Source: Laetmonice hystrix (lineage: Eukaryota). From it: 64,000 nucleotides of DNA. Under the pieces are notes generated by a model that saw only the letters and a list, made by a program, of their open reading frames with translations, did not search any database and was not told the DNA's origin. Position numbers and translations under genes: made by a program. The DNA lies in NCBI GenBank assembly GCA_965235115.1, contig OZ249436.1, forward strand, positions 15,936,001 to 16,000,000, given 5' to 3'. Below are positions 1 through 11,900 of the stretch, in pieces; positions within the stretch are counted from its first letter, which is position 1, and each line of letters opens with the position of its first letter.

Positions 1-96
1 ATTCTCCGCGATTGGACGCAATAACGATACATAAAGAGTAAGCTGAACCTTCAAGATTCATTTTTTCCACATTTCTCCCAGAAACTATTGACTCAC

Positions 97-3000
97 CTCT
101 GCAGCAAGAGATGCCACATAGAGAGCGGTGAGAGTGGTCTGTTGAGCAGGTTTCATCACCACAGTATTGCCTAGAGCTAAGGCAGGGCTAAACTTCCAGG
201 ATTGCATCAGCAGGGGGAAGTTCCACTGTAGTTTAAAACATGTCTCACATTATTAACTCTGATCGTACACCACTTGGTCTTCTCTGGAAATACTTGCATT
301 TTCACCAAGTTACCTGAGACGATAATCTTTGGGTTAGAATATTGAAAAACCAACGAACGAACCCCAAAATCTCCCTTTGCCTATGTCACAGTAAGGTTCC
401 TGTAATTGCTGGGAAAAGGTCATATCGGAATAAAAATAGAAATGGGGGTTGGACCACAGTGGTTGGATCGTCATAATAAAAGTGAGTATGGACTTACCGG
501 AATAATCTGGCCACAAACACCCACTGGTTCATGGCGGGTGTATGTGAAGTAATCGCCAGCTGTAAGTAATAGTCTGAGCACATTAGCCTTGACGCTCATT
601 GAGCACAAGTACTTCATTAAAATTTCTGTAAAATGTACTGCTCCTGTCCTTTGTGTTACTACTTTAGAATACATTAAAGACACAAAGAAACTATTAAACT
701 GAGTTTTATCAGAAGGGGACCTTTGTGATAGAGTGTAGAAATTAGAAGATCTTCCAGAAGCATAGAATATGCCAGTCTATATCTACCATTATCTGGACTT
801 ATCCGGGGTTCAATATTATGTTACCCTAACTCTTGCATGGGCGTATGGGGACTGTTAAGGGAGGCAGGGGCCTGATTTGGCCGAAATTTCTGTCTTTTTT
901 TTGGGGGGGGGGGTTGCTTTGCCCGAATTTCCCTCACTGTTTTGCCTGAAGTTGGGAGGGCAGTTGTCCCTCCTGCCCCCACCCCCGCATCGTATACGCC
1001 TATGCTCTTTTGGGTTAGCAAGTGGCAAACGACTTGGTGCTTAATTCCAACGGTATAAATGTATCAAAATTGATCGAGACGTTACTGACAAAAATGAATA
1101 TTTTTCTCACCAATTGGAATGGTCTTTCCATGGTGTTTATCAGCCCATCCTGCATAGTACCTGCAGATAAGAATGTATATCCATATGATGAGATGGAGGC
1201 AGTCGCGGATCCAGTATAGGGTGCGCAAAAATTAGAAATTGAGCCACAAAGGGAATAAATCCTGTCATTATTGCCGGTCCGAATGTAACGACGAGCGTTC
1301 ATCCCTAGCTATATGATGTATAAATATGATGATCATGCACTCGCCCGTATGTAAGAAAAATGGAGTAGGAATCCGGTATAGGTCTATACAGCCTGCAGAG
1401 TTTACGTTCCGAAACAGCATAAAACAGTTGAATGGCGTTGTTGACAAGATGTCTATGATTAGTGGTGAGGTGAGGTTCCTGAGATGCCATTGGTGTCTGC
1501 CCATTTTGGTGTTTTTCATAACTGGCGATTGTTTGAACTCCAGGTTGCAGATAATGGGTAAGGCGGATTCCTATACTGAGCGGTCAATTCCGTCATTATA
1601 TTATATATTCAATTTTGGCAACTTAGTTATGACTGTCATGACACGCTCAACAAAATAAATGCTCTCTTACCTGTAGCAATCAATTGCAAGGGGAATATCC
1701 ACTGTCAGGGCAAGGTGGTACGGTTTTCCATTGTCCAAAGTCTCCAGAGACTGGGTAAAATGTAGAGTATAAGTAATTATAATAGCAAGCCACATGCCTC
1801 ATTATACAGCTGAAAATCTCAGAGATGATAAGATCAGAAGTTTACTAGAATATATATCCAGTGGCGGATCGGGGGGGGGGGGGGCAGGTTACGGGGGTTG
1901 CACCCCCTCCCCCGTTTCGAAGTACGGTAATTTTTCTTTTTTTTCCTGCTTGAAAGGTTCGAACCAACCAACCCCCCATAGCATGATAATAAAGACGCAC
2001 GGCTAAGTAATGCATGTCGCGCTCCATGAGGTCGGCCAGTTTATAAAGCAGTCGGCCACGTTGTGCGGCGTCCATACGTCTCCACTCGGACCCATACTGG
2101 AAGGCATCTCGGGCAGCCCTCACCGCAATGTCAATGTCCGCCTTGAGAGAAACATAAAACAAACTCAAAAACCAGGTTGATTGGTGCGGAACTAAACTTT
2201 AAATATTTGCAAGAACTCTCTTGGGTACCCTGCGCATCTCCAGTTCTTCCTAACTTGAAATCATGCCTCAGTTTGTAATGTATAGATCACGTATTTCGAA
2301 TTAACAGCAACAAAAACCAAAATGCCATTCCGTTTCCAGACTAACCCCCCCCCCCCCCCCCCCAACATAAATTCCTGGCCACGGGCCTGTATAATTATAA
2401 AACGAGCTGCAGTGAGCAAACTCTACCTTCTAGGCTGAACCCAACAAAACTATCAGTTGCTTTTCTGATGGCACCATCAGACCCAGGTGCCCAGGGCAAC
2501 GCTGCTATATGATTAAGATATTATGACGTCATAACTAAAATCATCAACATTTCTAACAACTGCATCAGAAGATGACAAGTATCCCGATATATGTACCTCA
2601 GTGATACCTAAACTTTTACTCCGCTTGATCTCTTTCACATGGCTTTTCAGGTGGAAATGAAATTAATTAGGCCTACTGCATGTCATCATGGTTACTAGTT
2701 TATTTTTTAGGTTGGTTGATTAAAGGTAATCGATCACCCTACGGCCGCCGAGTTTTGTCCCCATCTCCTGCGAATCCGCGTATTTCAAGCTTACCTGATC
2801 TTAAATCTATCCCACTGGACTAATAAAACATTCTGTCGTAATCATAACATTGTTGTGCTAGGTCTGTTGTTGATAATGAGCCATAATGAGGCGATACATC
2901 CCATATTTTTCATCTCAATGGACTGAGAACTGAGAACGACCGCCATGACCACGTTAGCATTGTTAGGCGGTCGTTACTAAGCAACGGGATTGGGCACATG

Positions 3001-6000
3001 CGTTGCCTCGCACTGCTCCGCCCGCCCTTACCCTATAATCCAAATAAGGGCATGATTTGATTCGCGTGCTCTTGTCTCTAGCCAAATAGGTAAACGCTTA
3101 ATTAATTAATTAAAAATATTGTCGATATGGACGCGCCATAGTACCAGACTGCTAGAAACCCCTTAAAATAATTGTTTTTACTCAAGTTTTGTTGAATTGA
3201 CTGCGTTTATTTCAATTTTCGGACAGATTTCCTTTAATATTCGTCATGCTCTCCTTCATGCCCCAAAAATATAACATATCCATCCAAAACAACACAATAT
3301 ACACAAGTAACCTTTGCTTTATGAAGAAGGCAACAATATATTCCTCATGGTTGGATATACGATGGTCGTTTCTTATCATGGTTTGATATTTTCCTGCGAC
3401 AAGTGTGCATGCAACATGTGCGGATCCAGGAATTATTTTTAGGGGGGCTAACCATCGGACAAAAACATATTAGGCCTAGGCTAATAGGAATTAGGGGCAG
3501 ATTTAGGATTTTGGAAGGGGGACGTGCGGGTCTGCATGAGTGGTAGACTATAGCAGCGTTATCAATGCAAGTGCGCTGTGCGGAATCTCTTTTTTTACCT
3601 TTTTTGTAACGAAAAGGGGGACCTGCGCCCCACCCCCCTGGTTCCGCCCCCTGGGAGTAAGTAGAACCCTCTGTCCCCTGTCTCAGGTACCAGTGCTTGA
3701 TATAAAAAGTGGGACATTACGGCTGTCACGACATGGCCTACTGAACAACAATAACACATATGCAGGCACGCTGCCCTTTGTGAGTGGCCTCATGCCCTAG
3801 TCATGTTACCAGGTGTAGAGGTCCTCATATGACAGATCTGGGTGAATGACACCTTTCATGAATTCATCATAATGAGATGCAGGTGAGTGAGTGAGTGAGC
3901 GACTTGTGGCTTTACGCCATGTCGCCCAGTTTGTAACTCCGTCGAAGAAGAAGGCCCTTTCCCATAATGTATATTTCGGTTCTGATTATTCATATCCGTT
4001 GCTAATAGGAAACAAATAACGGAAACATGCCAAATTAAAATTAAAACAAAAGAATATTTGTACCTTGTCTCCTTCAGCCACGTCACAGATCTTCTCTCCT
4101 GTTGATGGATTCGCAGTCTCAAATGTCTTCCCACTGACTGAGGGCACAAATTCGTTGTTGATGAAAAGCTGGAAGAGAGGGGGGATTAATACAGAGACGG
4201 TAGGCCACTACAGACTCTATACCTCCTGACCCGTGTAAATATTCAAGAGAGATTGGAGAATCCAATCTGAAACAAAATTAATGTAGGGCCTATACCTACC
4301 TGAGCATAGAGTATAGGACAGGCCCTTAGGCCCTTAAAGGTGCTATTCGTGAACAAAAATTCAATTTTTTTATTTTTAATTTTGTTGACGTTTATGTGAT
4401 CCCACTTATCATGGAAATAGATTCACAACAAAGGAAATCAAAATTTTTCATGGATAACGGCACAAATGGGGCTCTCTCAGAAGGCCTGTGGAGACCCTGA
4501 CACGCCCCACCATAGGAAATGCCTCTATCTCGGTGCGCACCGAGATAGGTTTCAAATGCTGCACACAAACTAATAGAAGGTTTATCAGGCCAATGGTATC
4601 GGTAGGAATTTTTTCTAGTACTATGTACACAATGTATGATAGGAGAAATGCCATTCTGTGCGAGACGAATAGCACCTTTAAAGGGAATCAATGACATCAG
4701 ATTTTCCAGAGTTAACCTGTCCTGTCTGGCAGAAATATCTCATATTACAACATCTATCTCATTCCGTGTCGATTTGCTTATAACAATAGCGAAACTGGAC
4801 GAGCAAACGTGCCATTCGTCGCTTTACGTCACGTTTTGCTGTAGTTAGTCCAAGTCCAAGCCCTGTTGCTCTACACGTGCTTATAGAAGAGAAGGCACTA
4901 CAAAGGGTGAATATAGGCCTATTAGAAAAACAGAACACATCGTCACGCGGCTTTTCAAATAATAGAGCTTCACGTCAATGAGGGGATCTTCAATGTTTCA
5001 TCAATATTTCTGTATTTTCATTTAGGCCTGGGTCCACATGAGCAGGGACCCCGGGAATCATTCAACAATTCCTGAATATGATCCGAGATCTTCCCAAATC
5101 GAAGATTCAAAGTATCATCAACGCAGTAGCCTGCTTGAAGGGTTCTAACCAAACATACACAACTACCCCCTTGGCACCAACCCACCCACCCACCCCTCGG
5201 CCCAAACCTAGATCCGCCACGAGTATTTGATCGAGCTGTCTAGCTATGTGTCAGATCTGGATTCAAATTAACCCATATTTGGTGACCCGAAAAGCCAAAT
5301 GCACAGAATATAGGTTAGGACCCTTGAAGTCCGTACCTTTATTACAGGTAATACGAATTACTGAATTACATAGATCTATACCTAGATGTTTCCTGCATTT
5401 GAATGACGTATAATTCCGCATTCTGCATTCCTCTCGAAATAAACGGAAGAGGCTGACCACAATAATTTAAAGAATAAGAATAGGCCTACATTCACTCCAT
5501 ACAAATCACAAGTTCATCGGAAGAAGTTCGTTTGTGTGCTCTTCCACATTGACTGTTCGCGGGGAACATGCAAGGCCGGTCAGGTGTAGGAAAAAGGAAA
5601 GAGATTGACACAAATACGGAGGGATATCGTTAAAAGGATCGAGTGTCGTCCATTTTTATGCTTTGAGGATACCGCGTTCAATTGACCAAAAGTTAGCATA
5701 CGGTGACAGGTATATGGAATGAATTGATACATGCAGGTTGTCGTTACCCGGAAGTCAGCAAAAAGTAGTATAGATGAAGCCCTCTGCGCATTCCCCCTGC
5801 TTTCAAGCGCCTCCATTCAAGTGATCCCTCTGGCAACTGTTCTTTCCAAGGGGGGCTAAGGTTTTTCGTCACAAACTTTTTTGGCCCCCAGGCCAAAGCT
5901 ATCTTTTTTTCCGCTTTGCACCATTAGGCTAATCAAACTATTTTATTCTCATTTCGACTATACTATATATTTTTGACATATGGAACAAACTATTTTTTAT

Positions 6001-7188
6001 GTAGTTTGATGACCAGACTGTTTTTTCCCGTGTTTGGTGAACAATGTTGTTTTAAACATAGCCCCTCTATACGCGTGCAGTTTTTCTAATCGCCGACCTG
6101 GGGCCGTATAGCGAGCGGGGGAAAGGGCGAAGCAGGCGGTTGCCCTGGTTATTCTGAAAAAGGTACACCTTATACCGTTTTACAACGACTCTCGGAACCT
6201 CAAACTGTCACGAACAACTTTTGATGTATGTGCCCTGTAACTATTAGTTTCTACCATAGACCTAGGTCTATGTTTCTACGTACCCCTGTTTCTACCATAG
6301 ACCTAGGTCTATGTTTCTACGTACCCCTGTTTCTACCATAGACCTAGGTCTATGTTTCTACGTACCCTGGTTTCTACCATAGACCTAGGTCTATGTTTCT
6401 ACGTACCCCTGTTTCTACCATAGACCTAGGTCTATGTTTCTACGTACCCCTGTTTCTACCATAGACCTAGGTCTATGTTTCTACGTACCCCTGTTTCTAC
6501 CATAGACCTAGGTCTATGTTTCTACGTACCCCTGTTTCTACCATAGACCTAGGTCTATGTTTCTACGTACCCCTGTTTCTACCATAGACCTAGGTCTATG
6601 TTTCTACGTACCCCTGTTTCTACCATAGACCTAGGTCTATGTTTCTACGTACCCCTGTTTCTACCATAGACCTAGGTCTATGTTTCTACGTACCCCTGTT
6701 TCTACCATAGACCTAGGTCTATGTTTCTACGTACCCCTGTTTCTACCATAGACCTAGGTCTATGTTTCTACGTACCCTGGTTTCTACCATAGACCTAGGT
6801 CTATGTTTCTACGTACCCTGGTTTCTACCATAGACCTAGGTCTATGTTTCTACGTACCCCTGTTTCTACCATAGACCTAGGTCTATGTTTCTACGTACCC
6901 CTGTTTCTACCATAGACCCTAGGTCTATGTTTCTACGTATACCCTGTTTCTACCATAGACCTAGGTCTATGTTTCTACGTACCCCTGTTTCTACCATAGA
7001 CCCTAGGTCTATGTTTCTACGTACCCCTGTTTCTACCATAGACCTAGGTCTATGTTTCTACGTACCCCTGTTGACTTGACCTCCGGGTTTCGGTTTGGCT
7101 CTACCTGCGTGGACAGGAAAACTCGGCCTTGACGTAGAATCCGACTGAAGCTCACTCCATATCGAACAAAAACAGGCAGCGACGTCAT
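97..7188 (-). CDS. ALDH2: ALDH2-like mitochondrial aldehyde dehydrogenase, copy A (5' half; continues beyond window start)
   Basis: Exons 7066-7188, 4064-4168, 2001-2141, 1671-1750, 1111-1160, 498-559, 97-225. All are GT-AG and phase-compatible. Translation begins [28 protein letters not shown] (Arg-rich, presequence-like) and includes [41 protein letters not shown]. Confidence 0.92.
2724..3233. mobile_element. Possible TTAA-flanked non-autonomous DNA element
   Basis: ttaa|aggtaatc ... gatttcct|ttaa: short imperfect TIR. Confidence 0.4.
4338..4677. mobile_element. TTAA-flanked MITE (Kolobok-like)
   Basis: ttaa|aggtgctattcgt ... acgaatagcacct|ttaa: perfect 13-bp TIR with TTAA on both sides. 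Confidence 0.8.
6247..7069. repeat. 41-bp minisatellite, ~20 copies
   Basis: Unit gtttctaccatagacctaggtctatgtttctacgtacccct, nearly invariant. It contains the perfect 18-bp palindrome catagacctaggtctatg and abuts exon 1 of ALDH copy A. Confidence 0.97.
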
Positions 7189-7222
7189 CGTTCAGGCTAA
7201 CTGACTTTCGTAATGAGTTCAG

Positions 7223-7348
7223 AGGCCGGTTCACAAGCACAGTCAAGTCAATTTTAATTGACTTGAAGTCAATTTTACCGGAATCGGATTAGCTAAAATG
7301 TATTTCAAGTGAATTAAAATCGACTTGACTTTGGTTGTGAACCGGACC
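7223..7348. mobile_element. 126-bp foldback MITE (PIF/Harbinger-like)
   Basis: aggccggttcacaa ... ttgtgaaccggacc with internal inverted arms; CAG on both sides as a 3-bp TSD. Confidence 0.7.
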
Positions 7349-8951
7349 CAGATCTACAATGCGGGCAGTAGGCCTAGAGTTCTGCGCCTTGCCACTCATC
7401 TGCTCAAGCGCAACAAATGTCACCCTTTTTCAAACCCATCGCATGATGAATATTTATTTTCTCTGACTGTGCGATGAGGCCCTCTATTGATGAGTATATG
7501 AGTCCAAATTTGCAGGTTAAGATAATGAGATAGTTACACGTCAAGACATAATGGCTTACATCAAAAACTTAAACGTTGCATATTATTGTCTAAACTGGAG
7601 AGAATGATAGTGTGATCCGTTACATACAAGCAAGGAAACAACGTCCTTCGACCGGAGAATAAGGTATGGAAAGGTAAAGATGTGACCGTGTAAAGCAAAC
7701 AATTATCTCTTGCTCCAGTGACTCCAAAATGCAGACATGGGCTGTTAGGTTACATAAGGCCTTAAACTACATAATGTATACCCACTGAAATGGAGAAATC
7801 TAATGGAATTCAACATTCTAGTTGCCTGTTGTCGATATGAAGCGAACGTCGTAATCTATGGCTGATTGTTGACCTGCTAGTCCATCTGGCGGAATATAGA
7901 TATAGAATGATCAATCCCCCACGGCCGTATCACTCCCACACCAGAGCGTTACGAAAACGAAAGTCCTTCCACCGGACTATTCGGCAGCCTACTGACTTAC
8001 TGACTCTGCACACAGCGAGTGGACTGTTTCCGGTCTATTGACCTGCATGACTAGAACAGCCAATGAAATTTATCGGGCGATGAACCGATTAATTTCATTG
8101 GTTGTTGAAGTGGCATACATAATGTCGGCCTAATTAATACATATTGATTGACCTTGAAAGGTCCCACATAACCCTGCAGGTTTGATTAATAAACTAGCAG
8201 CGTGATCGCCGCAGTTGCGCGGAGTCTGGGTGCTTATTTTTTAAATCTATTTTTTCAATGAAGGGGGGAGGCGCCCCCACTCCCCTCTATTTAACCAAAG
8301 ACAAAGTCACGACAAATCCATATCTAGTGGCGTTTATTTCCATTGGCAAATTGACACTAAATCCAGAATGTTTTGCATTCTTTGCAAATGGTTTGCAAAA
8401 TGTAGAGGAAAAATGTAAATATACAATCAAAATCGAACATATCTGTCCAGTAATCTTGTGGTACTGCTTTTCTGAACCCCAATTATACACCTATCTATGG
8501 CAAGACTATTTCGGCATAACCTACGGTATTGAAAAATACTTTGTCATCTCTGTGGAAATATCTCCTTGACAAAAAATAAACATTTTGTAGATAAATCATT
8601 TATGGCAAGACAATTAGTTACAACGGATAATTCCTGATACTGTTATTGTCTGATATCCGGTGAAGAACAATATGTTTATATTTATGGCATCGACTGGACT
8701 TCTCTGAACGAGAAAATCACCATACGATTTATATGGGGGTTGGTTCGCCACATTAATGATTGCGCATTAATGCGCCCCAGCCCCACCCGTATATGACGGA
8801 GCTATTTTATGCATAAGCGAAATTTCAGCACAGGTGTAAAAGTCTGATGATCTTCATGGATATCTATTCTGAGTTGCACAATGCACTCTCTGCTAACGAT
8901 ATAGTGCAGATGGCAAGGAAGACATTTTCCCCAGCTTTACCACTGAGGTCC

Positions 8952-11900
8952 CTATGAATTCTTCTGTGGTACCTTAATGGTTACCTGAAATAGAGAATAT
9001 CATAAGTCAATAATCATTTATAACTTTTCTCATTTGAGGAATTAAAAATGTTAATCATAAATTTCCGGCGGGACCTTGGTTTGTGAAGAACACTCCGTTA
9101 TGAAATGTCTGAATTGGTGTCACAACAGACAGAGTCAGAGCAAGGCGGTCAGATGGATTTACAGAGGATTGTAAATTCACTCATGTCAATGGAAGTGTTA
9201 TAGTCACCCACCGTTTTGACCTCAGTGTAAGCCTCCAGCCCGTACTCTCCTAACTCACGCCCGTTACCGGACATCTTGTAACCGCCAAATGGAGCGGCAG
9301 CATCAAAGGTATCGTAACAGTTGATCCTATCAAAGATTTCAAAGTCACTCATTACTATTATTATTACCAATAATATAGTACTCTACAGTACAGTGCATTA
9401 TAACACAGAAAAATGCAATACGATCTGGTAAGGAGTCATTTGCGTATAAGACGAAGTCGAGAGTGGCATCCTGCATTTCCCTCAGCTTGGCGAGACCAAT
9501 GTCAAATTGATAATGGAAATCAAAATTGACAGATTTGGATTGGCAAGGATTGACAATGTCAGATATTCAGAGTATCCCAGGGTATCTATTATGTCAGCAC
9601 TTAAATTCTCCAGATCGCAGTCAGATTTTTTCATTACTGGTGTTTTTTAAGATGTTAGGGACCGCTGTGTCGTGGATATTCCGTGAATACCGGTAACTGC
9701 CATTTGTGAGCTTACCAGACTGTCCCCGCGCGGACGCCATGAGAGATTTGCATGGCACGATCAAGGTTGGTGGTAAAGACAGCTGCTGCCAGACCATACA
9801 CAGTCTTTGCTGCTCTTTCCAACACTTCTTCTGTCGTTTTGAACTTCAGGATCTGCATCACTGGTCCGAAGATCTGAGGGAAAAACAGTCAGCGCAAAAT
9901 AGTTCGAGGCATACAGAACATTGTCTACATACATGTCATTTAGGACTAATATAATTAAGAAGAAATACCCTCTGAAGCCTACGCTGAATCTAGCCACAAC
10001 TACATGTAGAAATTTCCTTGGGCAGAATTGTATTCAAATCCACTTATTAAAGACACGCTGCTGGATATTACCGCTATACTTCAGTAAGCAGCTATATCGT
10101 GATACCAACCTCCTCATTGGCAATAACCATGTTGTCCTGGACGTCGGAGAAAACTGTTGGTTGAATGAAATAACCACGGTCACCTACGGCATTGCCACCC
10201 ACACATAATTTGGCGCCTTCTTTCTTTCCTTGATCAATGAGTCCAAGGACCTTGTCGAACTGCTCCTTACTCACCTGTGTCGGTGTATAGGTAAAGTCTT
10301 TTAGATTTCAGTGAAACTAAGACATCGAAAGACATCATCACATTCCTAGCCTGTACAATGCAAGTTCTTTATGAAAAGGCATACATACTTTTAGTTTGAC
10401 TCATGATAATTTGTAGTTTTGAAGCTTGTAGCTATAGTATATCACAGAAGCTCTTTAAACTTTAACCAAATATAAAAGCCTGCGTTGACGTTTGAGTAGT
10501 TTGCGAAGATTACCTGTGTGCCCTGTTTGACTCATGATAATTTGTAGTTTTGAAGCTTGTAGCTATATTATGATATCACAGAAGCTCTTTAAACTTTAAC
10601 CAAATATAAAAGCCTGCGTTGACGTTTGAGTAGTTTGCAAAGATTACCTGCGGGCCCTGTTCATTACTGGCATCAAACGGATCACCAACTGTACGAGTTT
10701 TTGCCCGTTCCACACTTCGTTCCACAAATTCGTCATAAATCTGTTCCTCGACAAAGATGCGAGTTCCAGCACAACAACATTGGCCCTGGTTGAAGAAGAG
10801 GCCAAAGTGGGCCATCTCGATCGCGTGGTCCACTGAAAGACACACAAACGTTGGAATGCAATAACTTTTAGAAAAGATTCTGCCACTTTATGGCAAGGAG
10901 TTATTGTTTGGATGCTTGATCCAATTCAGGACGCGCGAGGCCTTCAGAACCGTGGGGGTTACCCCCCACCCCCACCCCCACACACAATCCGACAAGAACA
11001 TGGATAACTGCAGACCAATCGTAAATACGCTGTTAATATTCTGTCTATCTTTGGACGGGTATATCCTTCTTTGAAATCATTATAATCCTACTACTATAAA
11101 ATTATTTGTAGAGGAGGAGGGATACAACCCGTAGAGCTATCAATACTTACTGTTGGCATCAGCTAGCACAATGTTGGGACTTTTTCCTCCCAGCTCCAGG
11201 GTCACTTTCTTCAGGTTGGATTTTGCAGCCATACTTGCAATTAATTGGCCAATCTATATATTTTAAAAATGTTATCAGTTTATAATTCCATGAAAATAAC
11301 CAGAAAATCGTTTTTTGTTGAAGGATTCAAAAGAGGAACCTATAGTTACGATAGAGTAGGCGTACTTATAAATAACTAGGTATTATTTTAAGACTAAATG
11401 TAAATTTTCCCACAGTGATTTACTATCACAAGTTGCCCTACCTCGGTTGAACCTGTAAAGGCCACTTTGTCCACATCCGTATGCTCGACCAAAGCTGCTC
11501 CCGCTGTTGGCCCATAGCCTGAGATGATGTTGATCACGCCAGGCGGGAAACCAGCCTAACCACACCAACGCCAGATATTATCTTAAATAAATTCTTTAAT
11601 CACAATATATCGCTCATATTTAGCTAGACTGCAGTCTGAAAACGTCACAGTGTCGAGGTCTCACAACACAAAATTTTAGCACACAGTCATTTCTTTTTGA
11701 TACAATTCACTCACCTCAGCAGCAAGAGATGCCACATAGAGAGCGGTGAGTGGGGTCTGTTCAGCAGTCTTCATCACCACAGTATTGCCCAGAGCTAAGG
11801 CAGGCCCAAACTTCCATGACTGCATCAGCAGGGGGAAGTTCCACTGTAACATATTCCATACCTTTCAGGACCCTGATAAGTGAAGTAGTTTTATTGTCAT

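Noticed and set aside
6247..7069. CRISPR-like palindromic repeat array
   Set aside because: No unique spacers and no cas genes; it is a head-to-tail minisatellite in a eukaryotic intron.
8258..8569. 103-aa ORF duplicated at 24281
   Set aside because: Lies in the ALDH 3' flank, is truncated by a stop in the second copy, and has no recognisable motif.
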